From a virus, in IMG/VR virus record IMGVR_UViG_3300020061_000004, positions 59,281-123,280 of that record: 64,000 nt of DNA; one strand, written 5' to 3'. Made by a program: the position numbers and the translations under genes. Positions 59,089 to 64,000 of this stretch are shown piece after piece. Position 1 is the stretch's first letter. Every line of letters starts with the position of its first letter. The notes under the pieces are model-generated. The model made no database searches and was not told where the DNA came from. It worked only from the letters and a program-made list of their open reading frames with translations.

Positions 59089-60541
59089 TACCGAATATCG
59101 AAGAAATTGTCGTAAAATAAAAGATAAGTATTATGTATCTGGTGAAGAATGTTTTCTCATAGGAGATACATGGTATGCCAATACATCAAAGCTTATCACT
59201 TATGATTATGAGAAGGAGATATATGTTCTGATAAAGGACACTCCTCTCGTATATGGTGTAGTGGGTTTTAAGGAAGATGGGGTTCACGAGATGGGATATT
59301 TTACAGAGAATAAGTATAACAATATTCTCGTAAATATTCATGGCTATGGTTCTATATGGTGCTTTAATCAAGCAACATTGGAAAAAGGAGGATTTGTAGA
59401 AAATCTTTCTGATGGTCTGTGGTATTATAAAAAGAACCATTCAGCTTCTGCACTTGCTGGTTTTAAAAAGATCACAAGTAAGAAGGTGTATCGGGATAAA
59501 GGTTATAATATTGAGGACAACAAACAAGAGTTTGATCAGAAGATAAAGTCTTTTGCTGCAAGTCCCTTTGAAATACCTACAAAAGCCCACAGAATGGCTA
59601 AGTATTTAGGGAATACGACTTTTGGAATGGAAATAGAAACTGCACTTGGATATCTTCCTGAACATATACAATCCCGTCATGGGGTTGTTATATGTCGGGA
59701 TGGAAGTATTGATAATGCAGAATTTGTAACTGTTCCAATGCAAGGTGCAAGAGGTTTAGCTAATATCAAACATCTTAGCACTGAACTTTGTAAAAGGACT
59801 ATTCCTGATATCAAGTGTTCTTTTCATATCCATCTTGGAACTCTTCCTGATCATAGGCTATTTATCGTAGCATTATGGGCATTGTCTATAAAAATTCAGG
59901 ATGAACTCTATACAATGTTTCCTGGTTTCAAGACACATTGGGAAAAGTTCAAAAAGAAGGATTATAATCAGAAGACAAGAAAGCTTGGATTTACTACTCT
60001 TAAACCCTCTTTCACCAAAGATCAGTATTTGGCATATATTGATGATGCATATTATCGTATATCTAAGTTTCTGAATGAAGGAAATGAACCTGATGACCGC
60101 TTTAATAGGCAGAATCATCAGCATGTGAGAACTGCAAAGTGGGAAAGGGCACAAAGGTATTATTGGATCAATTTCATGAATATGTTCTTTAGTGAGAGGA
60201 AGACGATTGAGTTTAGACTCCATCAAGCCACCACTAATGGACAGAAGATGACTAATTGGTTGTTTATCTGTAATGCTATTGTAAAATATGCACAACAGAA
60301 TCCTAGGAAAATATTGTCTTCTCCTGACACTATTTCTCTTAACGAAGTGATGGATTATTACAAAGACACTTTCAAATCTGAAGAAGCGGGATTTCTCTCC
60401 GACTATATGAAAGCTTATATTGCTGACAGAAAGGCATATTTTGCTAATGATATAGCCAAAGGAGATTATGAAAGCAAAAAAGAGCTTCAAACAGACAAGG
60501 ATTATGTCTTTGAGTATAAAGGAGTTTTGTGGCTTTTCTAA
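59009..60541 (+). CDS. Putative amidoligase (Amidoligase_2-like)
   Basis: TFGMEIET, RDGSI, EFVT, CSFHIH, RYYWIN, TIEFRLH. Confidence 0.8.
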   Translation: MAKELITVRYKDNPELKYKTVKTVSGNTEYRRNCRKIKDKYYVSGEECFLIGDTWYANTSKLITYDYEKEIYVLIKDTPLVYGVVGFKEDGVHEMGYFTENKYNNILVNIHGYGSIWCFNQATLEKGGFVENLSDGLWYYKKNHSASALAGFKKITSKKVYRDKGYNIEDNKQEFDQKIKSFAASPFEIPTKAHRMAKYLGNTTFGMEIETALGYLPEHIQSRHGVVICRDGSIDNAEFVTVPMQGARGLANIKHLSTELCKRTIPDIKCSFHIHLGTLPDHRLFIVALWALSIKIQDELYTMFPGFKTHWEKFKKKDYNQKTRKLGFTTLKPSFTKDQYLAYIDDAYYRISKFLNEGNEPDDRFNRQNHQHVRTAKWERAQRYYWINFMNMFFSERKTIEFRLHQATTNGQKMTNWLFICNAIVKYAQQNPRKILSSPDTISLNEVMDYYKDTFKSEEAGFLSDYMKAYIADRKAYFANDIAKGDYESKKELQTDKDYVFEYKGVLWLF

Positions 60542-60595
60542 AAATAATTGACATAAAATAGGGAATATTCAAATATATTCCCTATTTTTGTCTTT

Positions 60596-60988
60596 ATGGC
60601 AAAATCGAAAAGAATATTAATTCCAAGAACAAGAGCCAGTCTTACTATGACTGAATCACAATACTGGTCCTTCATCAGATCAGCTCTTAGGAATAAGAGT
60701 AGATTCTGGAAACCAATTCAGGATGCAAAAGTATTAGCACGTAGAAATAATGAAAGCTCCAATAAGCGACTCAAATATGAATACAAATGTGCTATTTGTG
60801 GAGATTGGTTTCCTGAGAAGCTAGTAGAAGTTGATCATTTAGAGCAAGTGGGGTCTTTACGTTCTGGGGATGATTTAAAAGGATTCGTAGCAAATCTATT
60901 TTGTGAAGTGGATAAGCTAAGAGTATTATGCGAACCATGTCATTCACAAGTAACAAAAGAACAAGCCGATGCAAAGGACCGAGTATAA
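60596..60988 (+). CDS. HNH-fold protein
   Basis: YKCAIC, VEVDH, LCEPCH. Confidence 0.75.
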   Translation: MAKSKRILIPRTRASLTMTESQYWSFIRSALRNKSRFWKPIQDAKVLARRNNESSNKRLKYEYKCAICGDWFPEKLVEVDHLEQVGSLRSGDDLKGFVANLFCEVDKLRVLCEPCHSQVTKEQADAKDRV

Positions 60989-62057
60989 GAATGTATTTGC
61001 TATAAGTCAGAGTGCAATGAAGGCTTTTCGAAAGAAGACTCTTCATGATTTTCATAATCTCTACATCAACCAGATTGAGGACGATGAGGATGATTCTGAT
61101 TATGCCTTTGGAAGTCTAGCTGATACATTAGCCTTTCAACCTGAATTGATGGATGAAAGATTTTATATTCCTGAACATGCAATTTCAATACCCGGTGATA
61201 AGGTAAAGATAATTGTAGATAAGGTATATAAAGAAGCCTCAAAGATAGTTGAAACTAAGATGCTTCTTAATGAGAAAGGAAATCTTCCCGAACCTATTCA
61301 TGTTCCTTCATTGGAAGATTTATATGATTGGGAAGATGTTATTATGAAGTATGCCAAAGAGATTAAATATGGCGGAGATACATGGAGTCGTCCAAGAATT
61401 TTGGATAAGGTTGTTGATGAAGGGCAAGCTTATTTCAGGATGATGTCTAATGCTAATGGACGCTATATCATAAGCTCAATGGATAATGCTGATGCTATAG
61501 AGGTAGTGGATAATCTTCGTAAGGATATTAATACCCGTAAGTATTTTGTTCAACAGGAAGGTGAAACACTTCTATTTCAGCAGGAGATTTTTGTGGATCA
61601 TATTTATCAGGATAACTTGATGATTCCTCTCAAAGGTGCTCTTGATATTATACACTTCGACCACAAGAAGCGTACAGTACGGGTAGTTGATCTAAAAACA
61701 ACTCATACTTGTGAATTCTTTCCAAAGATAGCAAAAGAGTTGTTTTACATTGTTCAAGTATCATTCTATCAGTATATCCTATCTGAATGGCTTAAAACCT
61801 ATGAAGAAGGTAAATATGCAGGATATGAATTTGAGATTCCAATTAATATTGCAATAGACAGAAGGACTAAAATCCCTTATATCTATCAATATTTTGCGGA
61901 AGACCTTGAAATCGCAGAATACGGCTCGAAAGAGAAGAATATTCAGGGATGGAGAGAGACTCTCGATACAATATCTTGGCATGTTTCTACAGGAATATGG
62001 GATAGATCAAGAGAACTCTATGAAAATGGGTTTATCAGGATGAAGATTTACAAATGA
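60969..62057 (+). CDS. PD-(D/E)XK exonuclease (RecE/ExoVIII-like)
   Basis: SQSAMK, FGSLAD, KGALD, VDLKTT, QVSFY. Confidence 0.75.
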   Translation: MQRTEYKNVFAISQSAMKAFRKKTLHDFHNLYINQIEDDEDDSDYAFGSLADTLAFQPELMDERFYIPEHAISIPGDKVKIIVDKVYKEASKIVETKMLLNEKGNLPEPIHVPSLEDLYDWEDVIMKYAKEIKYGGDTWSRPRILDKVVDEGQAYFRMMSNANGRYIISSMDNADAIEVVDNLRKDINTRKYFVQQEGETLLFQQEIFVDHIYQDNLMIPLKGALDIIHFDHKKRTVRVVDLKTTHTCEFFPKIAKELFYIVQVSFYQYILSEWLKTYEEGKYAGYEFEIPINIAIDRRTKIPYIYQYFAEDLEIAEYGSKEKNIQGWRETLDTISWHVSTGIWDRSRELYENGFIRMKIYK

Positions 62058-62719
62058 CAAAAACAACTGAAGTAAGTATTGTTAATCTATTAGGGGAAGA
62101 GTATGTTAGCCCGGAGTCCGTCTTTGATACAAAGAGGACTAAAACCTCGCATTATATGCTTAACACCATCTTCCATAATAGTTCTCTGATGAGTACAGAG
62201 TATTTTGTAAATGCCTATCTGGATGATGAGGAACTTTCTCATAAGTTCTTTAGGCCATTATTCTTAGTATTCAAAGTAACCCCAAAAGATACTAAATGGA
62301 ATACAATTGCTCCTCGTTTGAGAGCAAAACCTGAATATCTGATGGAGTACTTTGTAGGAGTACAGGACACCAAACACTTAATTGTAATGGTTTTCCAAAT
62401 TCCTGACAAATATGCTAAGGATTATATCAATTTTAAACAAGGAAAGTATTCATTATTTACTCCGGAGTATAAGAAACTATTTGCTCGATATACTGCCAAT
62501 GAACGTGCCCAACCAGTGGAAAGCAAGATTTGGCAGGTAATCCACAAAACCAAAGAACTCAAGGCAGAATTGGAGAAGTATTTTACTGTAAATGTAAAAG
62601 ACCCCTTCCAATTTGGTCCTAATGATGAACTTTGGGGAATTCCGGAACCTAAATATGAACATTTTCGACACAAAACTACAGAAGAAGATGAACGAAAAGG
62701 GTGGTGGCTCTCGATTTAA
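62054..62719 (+). CDS. Hypothetical conserved phage protein
   Basis: 221 aa; FKQGKYS and DELW motifs. Confidence 0.6.
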   Translation: MTKTTEVSIVNLLGEEYVSPESVFDTKRTKTSHYMLNTIFHNSSLMSTEYFVNAYLDDEELSHKFFRPLFLVFKVTPKDTKWNTIAPRLRAKPEYLMEYFVGVQDTKHLIVMVFQIPDKYAKDYINFKQGKYSLFTPEYKKLFARYTANERAQPVESKIWQVIHKTKELKAELEKYFTVNVKDPFQFGPNDELWGIPEPKYEHFRHKTTEEDERKGWWLSI

Positions 62720-63488
62720 TGCAGGAAAAACAAGATATGATCTTGCTCCAGCATTTGCTCAGGATGTATATGCTCAAGTATTAACTTTTGGAAAAGATAA
62801 ATATGGAGAGCGTAACTAGGAAAAAGGAATGGCTTGGAGTAAAATAATTGCATCATTAGAGAGACATCTATGGGCTATCAAGAGAGGAGAAGATTATGAT
62901 CCTGAAACAGGCTTATTACATGATGGACATATTATGTGTAATGCTGCCTTTTTGACAGAGTATTATAAGATTTTCCCTCAAGGAGATGACAGACCTCTGC
63001 CATATCTACACCAAAAGAGAATTGGCACAGATATTGATGATGTATTAGCAGATTTCATTCCTGCATTTAGTAGAAGGTGTAATATACCCTCTGCTAAACA
63101 TTGGAATTATCATACGGATTTTATGAATGATTATAATAATCTTGAAGATTTCTTCTTTGAAAATCTTCCTTGCATAATTCATCCAAATGAAATTCCTTTT
63201 GAACCTGTTGTCTATATTACTTCAAGAAGAGCTAATCTCGCAGAGGCTACACATAAATGGTTATTTGAAAATAATAACTATCCTGTAGCTCCTCTAGTAT
63301 TTGCAAATGATAAATTAGATGCATGTAGAGAATATAATCTTGATGTTTTTATAGATGATAAGTATGAAACCTTCATACATCTCAATAAAAATGGAGTTCT
63401 GTGCTATCTCTTTGATGCCCCACATAATCGAAAGTATAATGTAGGCCATAAACGCATCACCAAGGATACAATTAACAGAATTTTATGA
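62688..63488 (+). pseudogene. dATP/dGTP diphosphohydrolase (DUF5664) fused to a HAD nucleotidase, interrupted by an in-frame TAG at 62817-62819
   Basis: GKTRYDL...GKDKYGERN*EKG...SLERHL...DPETGLLH then DIDDVLADF and FIDD; the stop replaces the Trp of the usual NWxKG motif. Confidence 0.75.
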
Positions 63489-63685
63489 ACTATGTAGAAA
63501 TAATTAAAGCTCTCATAGGAATTCTTAGTGTAGCTATTTGTTATTTCCTAATATTCTATGGACTATTCGAAATTCATTTAGACTGGACAGAGACAGATGA
63601 ATTACTTCTATGGTATAGCAAATACCAAAAAGATGGAAGTATTAAACGAAAGTTCATAGTATTGTATAAAAGAAACCAACGTTAA
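63485..63685 (+). CDS. Small membrane protein
   Basis: N-terminal hydrophobic helix, ATGA overlap. Confidence 0.5.
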   Translation: MNYVEIIKALIGILSVAICYFLIFYGLFEIHLDWTETDELLLWYSKYQKDGSIKRKFIVLYKRNQR

Positions 63686-63722
63686 ACCAACAATAAGGCT
63701 CAGAGAAATCTGGGCCTTTTTT

Positions 63723-63853
63723 ATTACTATACTCAAGAAACGGCGGGTGGCAGACCGCGTAAGTCCACCCTAGATGCTCAAAGCGGTTCGAAACGCGACA
63801 CAGCCCTAATCGAAAACGGTAGGGGTTTATTGGCGACACCCTAGTATAGTAAT
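63723..63853 (+). ncRNA. GC-rich structured intergenic RNA candidate
   Basis: 11-bp closing stem ATTACTATACT/AGTATAGTAAT; inner GGGTGG/CCACCC and other hairpins. Confidence 0.5.
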
Positions 63854-63868
63854 TAATTTATTTATATC

Positions 63869-64000
63869 ATGAGAACTCTAGTAGTCGGAGATATTCATGG
63901 TGCTCATTTAGCTCTTGAACAAGTATTAAAGAGGTCATCCTTTAATAAGAAGGAAGATACTCTAATTACTCTGGGAGATGTAGCTGATGGGTGGCCCTAC
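63869..64000 (+). CDS. Ser/Thr phosphatase-like metallophosphoesterase (5' part)
   Basis: MRTLVVGDIHG...LGDVADG. Confidence 0.85.
   Translation, partial: MRTLVVGDIHGAHLALEQVLKRSSFNKKEDTLITLGDVADGWPY

Noticed and set aside
1-64000. Genome-wide stop-codon reassignment as in some crAss-like phages
   Set aside because: Large genes are intact in the standard code, several genes end in TAG or TGA, and only one internal TAG was found
1-64000. CRISPR array or integrase/transposase
   Set aside because: No regularly spaced direct repeats or recombinase motifs were seen

Overview
AT-rich segment of a large Bacteroidota-infecting dsDNA phage of the crAss-like type (inferred from the terminase-portal-acidic protein-major capsid gene order, a PolB/primase/DnaB replication block and many TTTG-N~20-TAnnTTTG Bacteroidota promoters). 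Positions 1-25 kb run on the minus strand (virion genes and a tRNA region with 22 tRNAs plus one aberrant tRNA-like gene). Positions 25.2-64 kb run on the plus strand (small early genes, a NARP1-like NAD+ rebuilding locus, replication genes, a phiEco32-like amidoligase cluster, nucleotide enzymes). Main finding: 21 of the tRNAs sit in three operons. Each operon has a promoter, a short leader peptide missed by the ORF track, and an intrinsic terminator ahead of the tRNAs. Each leader peptide is built from codons for exactly the amino acids whose tRNAs lie downstream, and carries a segment complementary to the terminator 5' arm. This reads as ribosome-stalling attenuation that switches phage tRNA sets on only when the matching tRNAs are scarce. 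All calls are by eye, with no database searches.
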